NCBI GenBank assembly: GCA_965661945.1
Contig: CBFIFP010000001.1
Location: 777,103 to 841,102 of the forward strand
Length of the DNA: 64,000 bases
Source: Candidatus Kapaibacteriales bacterium
Lineage (GTDB): Bacteria > Bacteroidota > Ignavibacteria > Kapaibacteriales > UBA2268
Reading direction: 5' to 3'
How positions within the stretch are numbered: the first letter of the stretch is position 1; each line of letters begins with the position of its first letter. A program made the translations under genes and the position numbers. This document shows positions 51,685-61,388 of the stretch, piece by piece. The notes below the pieces were generated by a model. That model searched no databases. It saw only the letters and a list, made by a program, of their open reading frames with translations, and had not been told where the DNA came from.

Positions 51685-52698
51685 ATGAAATTTGAAGTTT
51701 ATGGAAAAAAACCAACAAGACACGGATTTGCTCAAGGGCTTGTTGAATTAGGTGAAGAAAATGATGATGTTGTAGTATTTGGAGCAGACGTAACAGGTTC
51801 AGTAAAAACATCTGAGTTTCAAAAAAAATTCCCAAATAGATTTTTCTCAATAGGAGTTGCAGAGCAAAATGCCACAACAATAGCTGTAGGATTCGCTCTT
51901 TCTGGTAAGGTTGCAGTATTTTCTACATACTCTGCATTTGCAGCATTTAGAAATGCAGACCAATTAAGAGTATCAGTTTGCTACAACGAAGCGAATGTTA
52001 AAATAGGTGGAGGACACTCTGGTATAACTGTTGGTCCTGATGGAGCAACTCACCAATCGCTTGAAGAAGTTTCTTGGTTGCGTGCATTACCGAATATGAC
52101 CCTTGTTGTTCCATGTGATTATGAAGAATCACGTAAAGCAATAAAACTTGTTGGCAGAATGCACGGACCCGCTTATGTTAGATTTGGTAGAAGTGATGTT
52201 CCTATGTTTACAAAAGAAGATACACCTTTAGAATATGGAAAAGCACAAGTTTTCAGAGAGGGTAATGATGTTGCAATTGTTGCAAATGGACTGATGGTCT
52301 GGCGTGCTTTAGAAGCAGCAGAAAAACTTAAAGAAAAACACGGTATCGAGGCAAGAGTTATAAATAATGCTTTTGTTAAACCAATGGACGAAGAAACAAT
52401 TACCAAAGCAGCAATAGAGTGTGGATGTATTGTAACTGCAGAAGAACATCAAGTTATTGGTGGTCTTTCAGGTGCTGTTGCAGAAGTTGTAAGTAAAAAC
52501 TTCCCAGTACCTATAGAATTTATTGGAATAAAAGATACATTTGGCGGCTCTGGAGAACCGGATGAATTATTAGAATACTATGGCTTAAACTGGCAAAGTA
52601 TTTATGCTTCTGCGCTTATGGCAATCGACAGAAAGAAAAATGGATTTAAAAAAGTTAGAAAATTAATAGATATACCCGAATATGATGAAAATTTATAG
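51685..52698 (+). CDS. transketolase, C-terminal (pyrimidine-binding plus C-terminal domain) subunit
   Basis: 337 aa. RHGFAQGLVELGEE..., FFSIGVAEQNATT and GPDGATHQSLEEVSWLRALPNMTLVVPCD match the Tkt Pyr domain. Confidence 0.85.
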   Translation: MKFEVYGKKPTRHGFAQGLVELGEENDDVVVFGADVTGSVKTSEFQKKFPNRFFSIGVAEQNATTIAVGFALSGKVAVFSTYSAFAAFRNADQLRVSVCYNEANVKIGGGHSGITVGPDGATHQSLEEVSWLRALPNMTLVVPCDYEESRKAIKLVGRMHGPAYVRFGRSDVPMFTKEDTPLEYGKAQVFREGNDVAIVANGLMVWRALEAAEKLKEKHGIEARVINNAFVKPMDEETITKAAIECGCIVTAEEHQVIGGLSGAVAEVVSKNFPVPIEFIGIKDTFGGSGEPDELLEYYGLNWQSIYASALMAIDRKKNGFKKVRKLIDIPEYDENL

Positions 52699-53275
52699 TC
52701 TCATAATTTTAATGGTTTTATTATTAAATTCTTGCGACAAAAAAGGTATTGGAGATGTCAAAACCATCAGTAAAAATAACTATTACCACGCAGTTATTTC
52801 AATTCCTTCAGGAACAGCAAAAATTTATGAATATGATGTAGAACTTAAAGGGTTTAAAAATAAAATTGAAAATAAAATTGAAAGATCTTATGACTTTCTT
52901 CCTCTTCCTTTTAATTATGGCTTCATACCTTCAACTAAAATGTTAAATCATTCTGATGATACAAAAGCACTTGAAACAGTTGTTCTATCAGAGCAATATT
53001 CAATTGGAACATTAATTGAGACAGAGGTCTTAGGGTGTTTAGAATACTATTTTGAAGACCAAAAAAACTATTTATTTGTTCAAAATCCTATTTATGAAAA
53101 TGCGAAGTTGATTAAAGTTACAAGCATTTCAGAATTATATAATCAAAAACCTGATATAATTTCTGTAATCAAAATATTTTTTGAAAACAATCATAATTAT
53201 ACATTTACAGATACCTTAATCAGTAAAGAGGATGCAATAGTAATAATTAATAATCAAATAATTAGTAAAAATTAA
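52682..53275 (+). CDS. inorganic pyrophosphatase-like lipoprotein (divergent family I PPase fold)
   Basis: 197 aa with lipobox MMKIYSLIILMVLLLNSC. HAVISIPSGTAKIYEYD...FNYGFIPSTKML...ETVVLSE aligns by eye to the soluble PPase core (IEIP...KYE...NYGFIPQT...DGDPLDVLVL), but several of the canonical Asp/Glu positions appear substituted. Confidence 0.45.
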   Translation: MMKIYSLIILMVLLLNSCDKKGIGDVKTISKNNYYHAVISIPSGTAKIYEYDVELKGFKNKIENKIERSYDFLPLPFNYGFIPSTKMLNHSDDTKALETVVLSEQYSIGTLIETEVLGCLEYYFEDQKNYLFVQNPIYENAKLIKVTSISELYNQKPDIISVIKIFFENNHNYTFTDTLISKEDAIVIINNQIISKN

Positions 53276-53318
53276 AAAAATTACTTAATTTGTATTTTTA
53301 AAAAAAATATTTATAAAA

Positions 53319-54668
53319 TTGGCTGTCGATATTAATAACATAGAAGAACTAAATAGAAAGATTAAAGAACTTGAGGAAAAAGTATCTGGTTTATCAATGG
53401 AAAATCAGATGCTTCAACTTTCTCTTAAAGAAAGTGAAGCTCTGCACCGTTCGGTTGTAGAAAACTCGCTTGATGGAACTATTATTTTTGATAAAGATTT
53501 TGATATCATCTATGCTAATGACGAAGTTTTTAACATTACTGGTTATAATGAAACCGAAATATTAGAGTTTCAGATTAACGATATTATTGCTCCAGATTCT
53601 CTTGATGAGGTTAAATTTATTTTTAATGAAGTTATTTCTGATAAAATTGATAACCAAAGATTTGCATTCGACTTAATAAATCGCTATGGTGAAATAAGAA
53701 ATATTTTTGCAAGCTGCTCTTTTACTAATGATTTCCAAGGCAACAAAGCTTTTGTTATCCAAATTCTTGATATTACTGATATTAAAGCTGCCGAACGTAG
53801 AATGCAAGAGATTAATCAAGAATTGGAAGAAAGAGTTAAAGAAAGAACCTCTCAATTACAAGAAGCAATGAACGACTTAAAAGTCGAAATAGCAGTAAGA
53901 AAAAAAGCTGAAACTGAACTGCAACACGCCAAAGAAGAAGTGGATAATGCTCTTGAAAAAGAAAAAGAACTAAATACTCTAAAAACTCGTTTTATTTCAA
54001 TGATTTCTCACGAATATAGAACACCTCTAACAGTGATATTAACATCCACATACTTAATGGAGCAATACTACGAAGGTAGTCATCGTGAGCAATTTGATAA
54101 ATTTTTAGGTAAAGTAAGAAACTCTGTTGAAACTATGACTCAACTTCTCGAAGATGTTTTAACTATTGGTAAAAACGAATCTATGAACAGCAAATTGAAT
54201 ATTAAGCAAATTAATATTATCAATTTTATTAGAGAAATTATTGACGAATGCAAAGTTGTTGATAAGGAAAAACACGATTTTATTTTAAATTATGAACTTA
54301 GTGATACTTTAATAAATTCTGATGAAAAGAACTTAAGGCATATATTTCAAAATTTAATAGGAAATGCTGCAAAATACTCTCCACTTGCTGATAAAGTAGT
54401 AATTGATATTAAAGAAAATACAAGAAACTTAGTGTTTCATATTACTGACTTTGGAATTGGAATTCCTCAAGAAGATATTAGCCAACTATTTGTAACTTTC
54501 CATAGAGCAAGTAACGTTGGATCCATTTCTGGCACTGGACTTGGACTTTCGATTGTAAAAAAATGTGTTGATTCACTTTATGGTGAAATTGGCGTAAAAA
54601 GTGTTATTGGTCAAGGAACTAAATTCATAATTGAACTTCCGAAAGACTTGAACCTTTTTATCAAATAA
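53319..54668 (+). CDS. PAS-domain sensor histidine kinase; TTG start
   Basis: 449 aa with an N-terminal coiled coil and PAS domain (SVVENSLDGTIIFDKDFDIIYANDE). H-box SHEYRTPLTVI. HATPase_c with N box IGNAAKYS, G1 DFGIGI and G2 GTGLGLSIV. Apparently cytoplasmic. Confidence 0.75.
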   Translation: MAVDINNIEELNRKIKELEEKVSGLSMENQMLQLSLKESEALHRSVVENSLDGTIIFDKDFDIIYANDEVFNITGYNETEILEFQINDIIAPDSLDEVKFIFNEVISDKIDNQRFAFDLINRYGEIRNIFASCSFTNDFQGNKAFVIQILDITDIKAAERRMQEINQELEERVKERTSQLQEAMNDLKVEIAVRKKAETELQHAKEEVDNALEKEKELNTLKTRFISMISHEYRTPLTVILTSTYLMEQYYEGSHREQFDKFLGKVRNSVETMTQLLEDVLTIGKNESMNSKLNIKQINIINFIREIIDECKVVDKEKHDFILNYELSDTLINSDEKNLRHIFQNLIGNAAKYSPLADKVVIDIKENTRNLVFHITDFGIGIPQEDISQLFVTFHRASNVGSISGTGLGLSIVKKCVDSLYGEIGVKSVIGQGTKFIIELPKDLNLFIK

Positions 54669-55075
54669 TGAACTTATCACGATTAAAATATATACTTCAA
54701 AGTGAGATAATTTTTTTACCTCTAATTTTAATTGCAAAATATATAACATTTTTTATGTTCCAAAATGATGAAGACAATTTTAATATAGCAATTAACATAA
54801 TAGAGTCATTATATTTAGCTGGTATTTTTGCTAGTATGATGTCTGTTTCTAGTAAAGTAATTAGCAGGTTTACAGACGATATTTATTCTCTAAAATTTAA
54901 CTTTACATTAGTATCTGCATATATTTTTGGTCATTATCTAATATCATTTATAATCATAGAATTATCAGAAAATAAAGATTATCATGCTTATACAGCAATC
55001 TTTATTTCCATTTTAATTATAAGCGTTATTTTTTCAAATATAAAGTTTAAAAAATTAATAAATGACAAAAAGTAA
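54668..55075 (+). CDS. hypothetical small membrane protein
   Basis: 135 aa, three to four hydrophobic helices, no motif. Start overlaps the kinase stop (ATAATGA). Confidence 0.4.
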   Translation: MNLSRLKYILQSEIIFLPLILIAKYITFFMFQNDEDNFNIAINIIESLYLAGIFASMMSVSSKVISRFTDDIYSLKFNFTLVSAYIFGHYLISFIIIELSENKDYHAYTAIFISILIISVIFSNIKFKKLINDKK

Positions 55076-56402
55076 ATTAAGTTATACTGAAGGAAATGTT
55101 ACAAAAACATTAATATTTAACTCAATTCCAATGTTTTTTGGTATCGGAGCAGCAATTGCATTTAATTTTGTTGATACTATCTTTATAGCTCGTCTTGGAA
55201 CTTTAGAACTTGCAGCAATTACTTTTACATTTCCAATAATATTTTTAATTATTGGTGTTGCCATGGGAATGGGAATGGGAGCAAGTGCTGCTATTTCTCG
55301 TGCTTATGGAGAAAAAAACTACGAAAAAGTGAAAAAGCTTACAACAGATGGAATAGTTATATCTTTTATATCTGCATTAATATTTGTAATTATTGGCATA
55401 GTATTTTTTGAAGAAATATTTATCATAATGGGAGCAAACCAAGAAATTCTGCCATATATCAAAGAATTTATGAGAATTTGGTATCCAGGAATTGTCTTTA
55501 TAACTATTCCAATGGTTGGTAATGCTGCAATTAGAGCAATAGGTGATACAAAAATACCAAGTTTGATAATGATGATTGCTGTTGCAGTAAACCTAATATT
55601 AGATCCCATCTTTATATTTGGTTGGGGTTTTATTCCTAAAATGGGGCTTTCTGGTGCTGCAACTGCCACCTTATTCGGAAGATTTATATCGCTGGTTATA
55701 TGTCTTTATTTTCTCATAAAAAAATACGACATGATAGACTTAAACTTTAAAAGTTTATTCAATATCAAAGAATCATTTAAAGAAATAATGTATGTAGGAG
55801 GTCCAAGTTCAATTACAAATATTTTAGTACCACTTGGAATGGCAATTGTAATTGGATTAATTTCTAAATATGGAGAATCTGCCGTTGCTGCAATGGGGGC
55901 GGCAAGTAGAATAGAAATGGTTACAATGACAGTTTTTATGGCTCTTGGTAGTGTATTAGGTCCTTTTATCGGACAAAACTGGGGTGCAAATAAACCTGAA
56001 AGGATTCTAGACGCTTTAAAGAAAAGTTATATATTTTCATTCATTTGGGGAGCTTTAATGTATCTAATGTTTTATCTGTTTAAAAAGGAAATTGCTATTT
56101 TTGTAAAAGATGATATAAAAGTTGTAGAATTTATGGTTGTTTATTTGAGTATTACTCCTATTTCAATTGGCTTCAGAGGTGCTTTGATGATTGTTTCTAC
56201 TTCATTAAACGTATTAAAAAAGCCAATAACTGCATCAATGTTAACAATATTACAAATGTTTGTAATATTTATACCTCTGGCTTATTTACTATCAGCTAAC
56301 TTAGGATTTGAAGGTATTTTCTGGGCTTCTGTAACTTCTTCCATTATTGTTTTTGCAATTGCATATTACCTCTTGAAAAGACATCTCAAAGTTATATTCT
56401 AA
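55062..56402 (+). CDS. MATE-family efflux transporter
   Basis: 446 aa, 12 predicted TM segments. The N-terminal ...GNVTKTLIFNSIPMFFGIGAAIAFNFVDTIFIARLG is MATE/NorM-like. Confidence 0.8.
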   Translation: MTKSKLSYTEGNVTKTLIFNSIPMFFGIGAAIAFNFVDTIFIARLGTLELAAITFTFPIIFLIIGVAMGMGMGASAAISRAYGEKNYEKVKKLTTDGIVISFISALIFVIIGIVFFEEIFIIMGANQEILPYIKEFMRIWYPGIVFITIPMVGNAAIRAIGDTKIPSLIMMIAVAVNLILDPIFIFGWGFIPKMGLSGAATATLFGRFISLVICLYFLIKKYDMIDLNFKSLFNIKESFKEIMYVGGPSSITNILVPLGMAIVIGLISKYGESAVAAMGAASRIEMVTMTVFMALGSVLGPFIGQNWGANKPERILDALKKSYIFSFIWGALMYLMFYLFKKEIAIFVKDDIKVVEFMVVYLSITPISIGFRGALMIVSTSLNVLKKPITASMLTILQMFVIFIPLAYLLSANLGFEGIFWASVTSSIIVFAIAYYLLKRHLKVIF

Positions 56403-56484
56403 ACTTTGTAAATTTTATATTTTTAATAATGATGTTAGATATTTTAAATATTAATTAAAATTGTAATGTAGCTATTATTAAAAA

Positions 56485-56520
56485 TAAAAAAGGGAGCTTA
56501 AATAAACTCCCTTTTTTTTC
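56485..56520. terminator. bidirectional terminator between the MATE gene (+) and rpsD (-)
   Basis: agggag...ctccct hairpin flanked by an A-run on one side and T8 on the other. Confidence 0.55.
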
Positions 56521-56542
56521 AGTATAAATTTTAAGATAATGA

Positions 56543-57145
56543 TTATCTTGAATAATATTCCACAACAAGCGGAATCTCACATTCTACAGGTATTTCATCT
56601 CTTGTAGGAACGTGTAAGTATTTCACAGAAAAATCAGTTTTTGAAATTTCAAGATATTGAGGAGGAGTAGCACCACGCACCAAGTCTTGGAACATTTCAA
56701 GTTTTTTACTTTTTTCTTTTATTGAAACCACATCACCAATCTTAACTTTGTATGAAGCAACATCAACTTTTTTGCCATTCACTAAGATATGACCATGACC
56801 TACATATTGACGAGCCGAGTAAATAGAGGATGCAAATCCAGCTCTGTAGACAACAGCATCTAATCTTTGCTCTAGAAGTTGCATAAATATCTCACCAGTA
56901 TTACCTGTGATTCTTACAGCTTGAGCATAGTAATTAGACATTTGTTTTTCAGAAATGTTATATTGCAGTCTTAATCTTTGTTTTTCTAGTAATTGCTTAC
57001 CATAGTCAGATTGTTTAGCTCTTCTTTTACTTTGACCATGTTGCCCTGGTGGGTATGGTTTTTTACCAGTTACTTTACCTGCTTTAGCAGTTAAATTGAT
57101 TCCAATTTTCCTTGAAATTTTAACTTTTGGTCCGTTATACTTCAT
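56543..57145 (-). CDS. rpsD: 30S ribosomal protein S4
   Basis: 200 aa. N-terminal MKYNGPKVKISRKIGINL and the S4 domain RLDAVVYRAGFASS...GHILVNGKKVDV are present. Confidence 0.9.
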   Translation of the reverse strand: MKYNGPKVKISRKIGINLTAKAGKVTGKKPYPPGQHGQSKRRAKQSDYGKQLLEKQRLRLQYNISEKQMSNYYAQAVRITGNTGEIFMQLLEQRLDAVVYRAGFASSIYSARQYVGHGHILVNGKKVDVASYKVKIGDVVSIKEKSKKLEMFQDLVRGATPPQYLEISKTDFSVKYLHVPTRDEIPVECEIPLVVEYYSR

Positions 57146-57269
57146 TTAATTAACCTATTAAAAACTTTTTTTCAAATTTTGCTATTAAGAACTACAAAAT
57201 TAAATAAAAATGTTTAATTAAAAAAATATTTTTGATATTTTTATTTTCTGAATAAAAATATTATAAATT

Positions 57270-58565
57270 TTAGTCTTCTTGTGAGATATCTTCGTAAGGA
57301 ACTTCGTTAGTAACAGCAAAGTCTAAAACGAAATCAATAACTTTTTTGTTTAGAATTTGCATTTTGAAGTTTTCATTTTGGAGAATTAGTTTTTTAACCT
57401 CTTCCTTATCCCTTTTCAATCTTTCAGCTTCGGAATTTACTACATTTTCAATATCATAATCTTCGATTTCAATCTGCTCTTGTTCTATGATTTTATTTCT
57501 AATTAACTCCCATTGAACATTACGGATAGCCATTGGTCTAAATTCATCTTTAAATAAATTCATATCTAATTTTTTTGCGGCTTCACCATATTGTTTGCTA
57601 AAATTCTCAACCATAGCAGAAATTGCATTTTGTACAAATGGCTCAGGTGTATCAACATTGTTATTATCAATTAATTTAGCAACTATTTGATCTTCAACTG
57701 CAGCTCTACATTTTTTATCCCATTCTTCTTGTAAACCGAATTCAACATCTTCTTTAAAATCATCAATGTTATCAAATTTTTCTTTAGAAAAATTCTTCAC
57801 AAACTCATCGCTTAATTCTGCTGGGATTAATTTTTGGACATCTTTAACTTCTACATTATAAAAATGCTGGTGTGTTTCACCAGGTTCATGCTGATGTTCA
57901 TCATGTGGTTGATCATGTTCAACAACATATTCAAAACTCTCACCTTTTTTTCTACCGATCACTAATTCTACTAAATTTTTATCAGCTCTCGGGTTACCCA
58001 AAAACACATTATCTTCAAATGGTTCAATTGATTCATCAACCTCTTTGTTATCAAGTAAAGTCTGAAATGAAAGTCCTACAACATAATCTTCATTATCTAC
58101 TATTTCGGCATCTTCAAAAATACCCTCAGATTTCAAGATTTGCTCTATTCTTTCTTCAATTTCATCTTCAGTTACTGTGTGGATTGGTTCATCAACAGTC
58201 AAACCCTTATAATCGTTTAGCGTAAGTTCAGGGTATACACCATAGGAGAAAAGGAATTTAACTACTCCGTTATTAATATCAACATTTAATAATTCAGGTC
58301 TGGAAATAAGATGGATTTTATCTTCTTCAACTACTTTTTCAAATGTACTTTGAGCCGCTTCTTCTACTGCGTGCTCATGGATAAGAGCGCCAAATTGTCT
58401 CTTTGCTATATGGAAAGGAACTTTACCTTTTCTAAAACCGGGAACATTAATTTGATTTCTGATTTTATTATATGCAGAGTTAAAATAAGATTGAAACTCT
58501 TCATCTTCAATTATAATTTCTAATTCTTGTATTCCGTTTTCAGTTTTTAGTATCTTTCTTTCCAA
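57270..58565 (-). CDS. tig: trigger factor
   Basis: 431 aa. The N-terminal ribosome-binding signature GFRKGKVP, the overall acidic composition and the size fit trigger factor. Confidence 0.85.
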   Translation of the reverse strand: MERKILKTENGIQELEIIIEDEEFQSYFNSAYNKIRNQINVPGFRKGKVPFHIAKRQFGALIHEHAVEEAAQSTFEKVVEEDKIHLISRPELLNVDINNGVVKFLFSYGVYPELTLNDYKGLTVDEPIHTVTEDEIEERIEQILKSEGIFEDAEIVDNEDYVVGLSFQTLLDNKEVDESIEPFEDNVFLGNPRADKNLVELVIGRKKGESFEYVVEHDQPHDEHQHEPGETHQHFYNVEVKDVQKLIPAELSDEFVKNFSKEKFDNIDDFKEDVEFGLQEEWDKKCRAAVEDQIVAKLIDNNNVDTPEPFVQNAISAMVENFSKQYGEAAKKLDMNLFKDEFRPMAIRNVQWELIRNKIIEQEQIEIEDYDIENVVNSEAERLKRDKEEVKKLILQNENFKMQILNKKVIDFVLDFAVTNEVPYEDISQED

Positions 58566-58679
58566 TTTGCCACCGGTTTTATGTATGTATCAATTTAAGA
58601 ATTTAAATAAGATTAACTTTTTAATTTTTTATAAATTTTAGTTAAATCATATTTTGTTTTATTAAATACTTAAAGTACG

Positions 58680-58761
58680 GACGGGGAGACTTGAACTCCC
58701 ACGGGTTACCCCACTAGATCCTAAGTCTAGCGCGTCTGCCAATTTCGCCACGTCCGCAGAA
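58680..58761 (-). tRNA. tRNA-Leu (anticodon TAG), type II
   Basis: Acceptor GCGGACG/CGTCCGT (G1-U72), anticodon stem-loop CTAGA-CTTAGGA-TCTAG, long variable arm, T-arm GGGAG-TTCAAGT-CTCCC. End coordinates are good to within 1-2 nt. Confidence 0.8.
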
Positions 58762-59090
58762 TTATTTTCAAAAAATTAGAAAATAAAAAACAAAATTAAG
58801 TAATATTTCTTTATATACAAAATATTATTTCTTTTATTTTTTAATTTCTAGTCTTTTATTTCATAAAATACTTGTAAATTATTGATTTTAACTTCTATAA
58901 CTATAATAATTTTTAAAAATAATATGCTTAAATTTTGAGAAATAAACCCTTCTTTTAATATCCAACTTTAATGCTACAAATAATTATGAGTAATTATTAA
59001 ACAATTAATTTTTAAAATTTTTTAAGTTATTTATTGCTAACCAAAAATAAGTCAGTAATTTTGAATTCTAAAAATAAATAAAAATAAAAA

Positions 59091-61388
59091 ATGACTTTTA
59101 AACTAAAAGCAGTTGACGAATTACAAGATTGGAAGGGGAAACTTAACCCCGAGCAGAATAGAGCAGTTGAGCATATAAATGGTCCATTACTTATTATAGC
59201 AGGAGCTGGCTCGGGTAAAACTCGAGTGCTTACAGCAAGAATTGCAAATTTAATTCAAAATGGCGTTGAGCCATGGAAAATATTAGCATTAACTTTTACT
59301 AATAAAGCCGCTCGTGAAATGAAAGAGCGAATTGGAACTATGCTCTCTGTAGAAAAAGCTGAAAGAATTTGGGCAGGAACTTTTCATAGTATTTTTGCTA
59401 AAATATTAAGAATTGAAGCTGATAAATTTGGATTTACATCTAACTTCACAATTTATGACGCTGAAGACCAGCTTTCTGCAATTAAAACAATTATGAACAG
59501 ACTCTCAATTCCATATCAAAATTACCCCCCTAAAGCTATTCGTAGTGTAATTTCTGACGCTAAAAATAAAATGATAAATTCCACAGAATTTAGACAATCG
59601 GCGGAAAGTGTTTTTGATAGAAAAGTTGCTGAAATTTATGTTGAGTATTCAAAATACTTAAGAAACAACAACTCAATGGATTTTGATGACTTACTCTTAT
59701 ATATGTATAAGCTATTAACTCTTAGCCAAGATATAAAATCATTTTATCAAGAAAAGTTTAAATATATTTTAGTTGATGAATACCAAGATACAAATAAGGT
59801 TCAATACCTTATACTAAAAGAACTTGCTAATGCGCACCAGAATATTTGTGTTGTTGGTGATGACGCTCAAAGTATCTATAAATGGCGTGGCGCTGATGTT
59901 AAAAATATACTTGATTTTAAAAAAGATTATCCAAACGCAAAGGTTATTAAACTTGAACAAAATTATAGAAGCACAAAAACAATTTTATCCGCAGCTGATA
60001 GTGTCATAAAATATAATAAATCAAGATTAGATAAAAAATTATGGACTGATAATCACGACGGAGAATTAATTGATGTATTTGAATGTGAGGATGATAGAGC
60101 TGAAGCTCAAAAAATTGCTGAAACAATAAAGAAAAACCAATCAGGAATATACAAGTTAGATTCTTTCGCTGTTTTATACAGAACAAATGCTCAATCTCTA
60201 GCATTAGAAAATGCCTTTAGAAAACAAAATTTACCCTACGTAGTGATTGGTGGTCTTTCTTTTTTCAAGAGAAAAGAGGTTAAAGATGTTTTAGCATATT
60301 TAAAGCTAATTGTTAATAAAAATGACAATGAAAGTTTACTCAGAATAGTAAATGAACCTCCAAGAGGTATAGGAAAAACTTCATTAGAACATATTGATAA
60401 ATTTGCTCAAGCAAGAGGAATCTCGCTTTATGAATCATTTTCTTCTGCTGAATTAAATATGAATTTGCAAAAAAGAGCTGTTGAGAATAGCAAGAAATTT
60501 GTATCTGTAATCGAAACACACAGAAAAAGAATATTAGATAATCCAAGTTTTGAAAATATTAAAGATTATTTGCGTGATACTGGTCTTATTGAAATGTATG
60601 AAGATATACCTACCGAAGATTCACAAGATAGATTAAACAATATAAATCAATTAATTGATGATATCGAAGTGTTTTTAGAAGAAGGTGATGGCTTAGGGAT
60701 TCAAGATTATTTAGAGCAATCTGCTTTAGCTACAGATTATGACGAAAAAGAGATTGGAAATGAAAGAGTTACCTTGATGACTCTTCATACTGCAAAAGGG
60801 CTTGAATTTCCTTATGTATATATTGCTGGAATGGAACATGGTCTTTTTCCTTTAATGAGAAGTGATTATGACAAAGAAGATGAAGAAGAAGAGCGAAGGT
60901 TATTTTATGTTGGTATAACTCGAGCGATGGATAAATTAACGCTAACTTTCGCTAAGCGTAGAATGAAATTTGGAGAGATATCTAACCAGTTAAAAAGTAA
61001 CTTTATAAATGAAATACCTCCTGTTTGCTTAAATTTGAATTACAGACAACCTAAAGCACAATTTGCAGGAACAGGAAATATACCTCAAGGTTTGTTTGCT
61101 AATAAAAATAATAAAACTTTACCTTTAAAAGATAGATTTTCAGCACCTTCAAAAAATGAATATAGTCAAGAAAGTGAGTTTAATTCTTATTCTCAAGTTC
61201 ATACTGAAGTAGATTTTAATGTAGGGGATATAGTTTCTCACTCTCAATTTGGAAAGGGAAAAATAAGCGGATTAAAAGGAGAAGGACCTAGAAGACAGGC
61301 TGTTGTTAGATTTGATTCAGTTGGAAGAAAAATGCTGATGCTAAAATATGCTAAATTACAGTTAATTAAAAAAGCAAATGAATTATGA
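59091..61388 (+). CDS. pcrA: ATP-dependent DNA helicase, UvrD/PcrA/Rep family
   Basis: 765 aa. Walker A GAGSGKTRVLT, motif Ia, DEYQDTN (motif II), motifs III-VI and VTLMTLHTAKGLEF are all present. Confidence 0.85.
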   Translation: MTFKLKAVDELQDWKGKLNPEQNRAVEHINGPLLIIAGAGSGKTRVLTARIANLIQNGVEPWKILALTFTNKAAREMKERIGTMLSVEKAERIWAGTFHSIFAKILRIEADKFGFTSNFTIYDAEDQLSAIKTIMNRLSIPYQNYPPKAIRSVISDAKNKMINSTEFRQSAESVFDRKVAEIYVEYSKYLRNNNSMDFDDLLLYMYKLLTLSQDIKSFYQEKFKYILVDEYQDTNKVQYLILKELANAHQNICVVGDDAQSIYKWRGADVKNILDFKKDYPNAKVIKLEQNYRSTKTILSAADSVIKYNKSRLDKKLWTDNHDGELIDVFECEDDRAEAQKIAETIKKNQSGIYKLDSFAVLYRTNAQSLALENAFRKQNLPYVVIGGLSFFKRKEVKDVLAYLKLIVNKNDNESLLRIVNEPPRGIGKTSLEHIDKFAQARGISLYESFSSAELNMNLQKRAVENSKKFVSVIETHRKRILDNPSFENIKDYLRDTGLIEMYEDIPTEDSQDRLNNINQLIDDIEVFLEEGDGLGIQDYLEQSALATDYDEKEIGNERVTLMTLHTAKGLEFPYVYIAGMEHGLFPLMRSDYDKEDEEEERRLFYVGITRAMDKLTLTFAKRRMKFGEISNQLKSNFINEIPPVCLNLNYRQPKAQFAGTGNIPQGLFANKNNKTLPLKDRFSAPSKNEYSQESEFNSYSQVHTEVDFNVGDIVSHSQFGKGKISGLKGEGPRRQAVVRFDSVGRKMLMLKYAKLQLIKKANEL

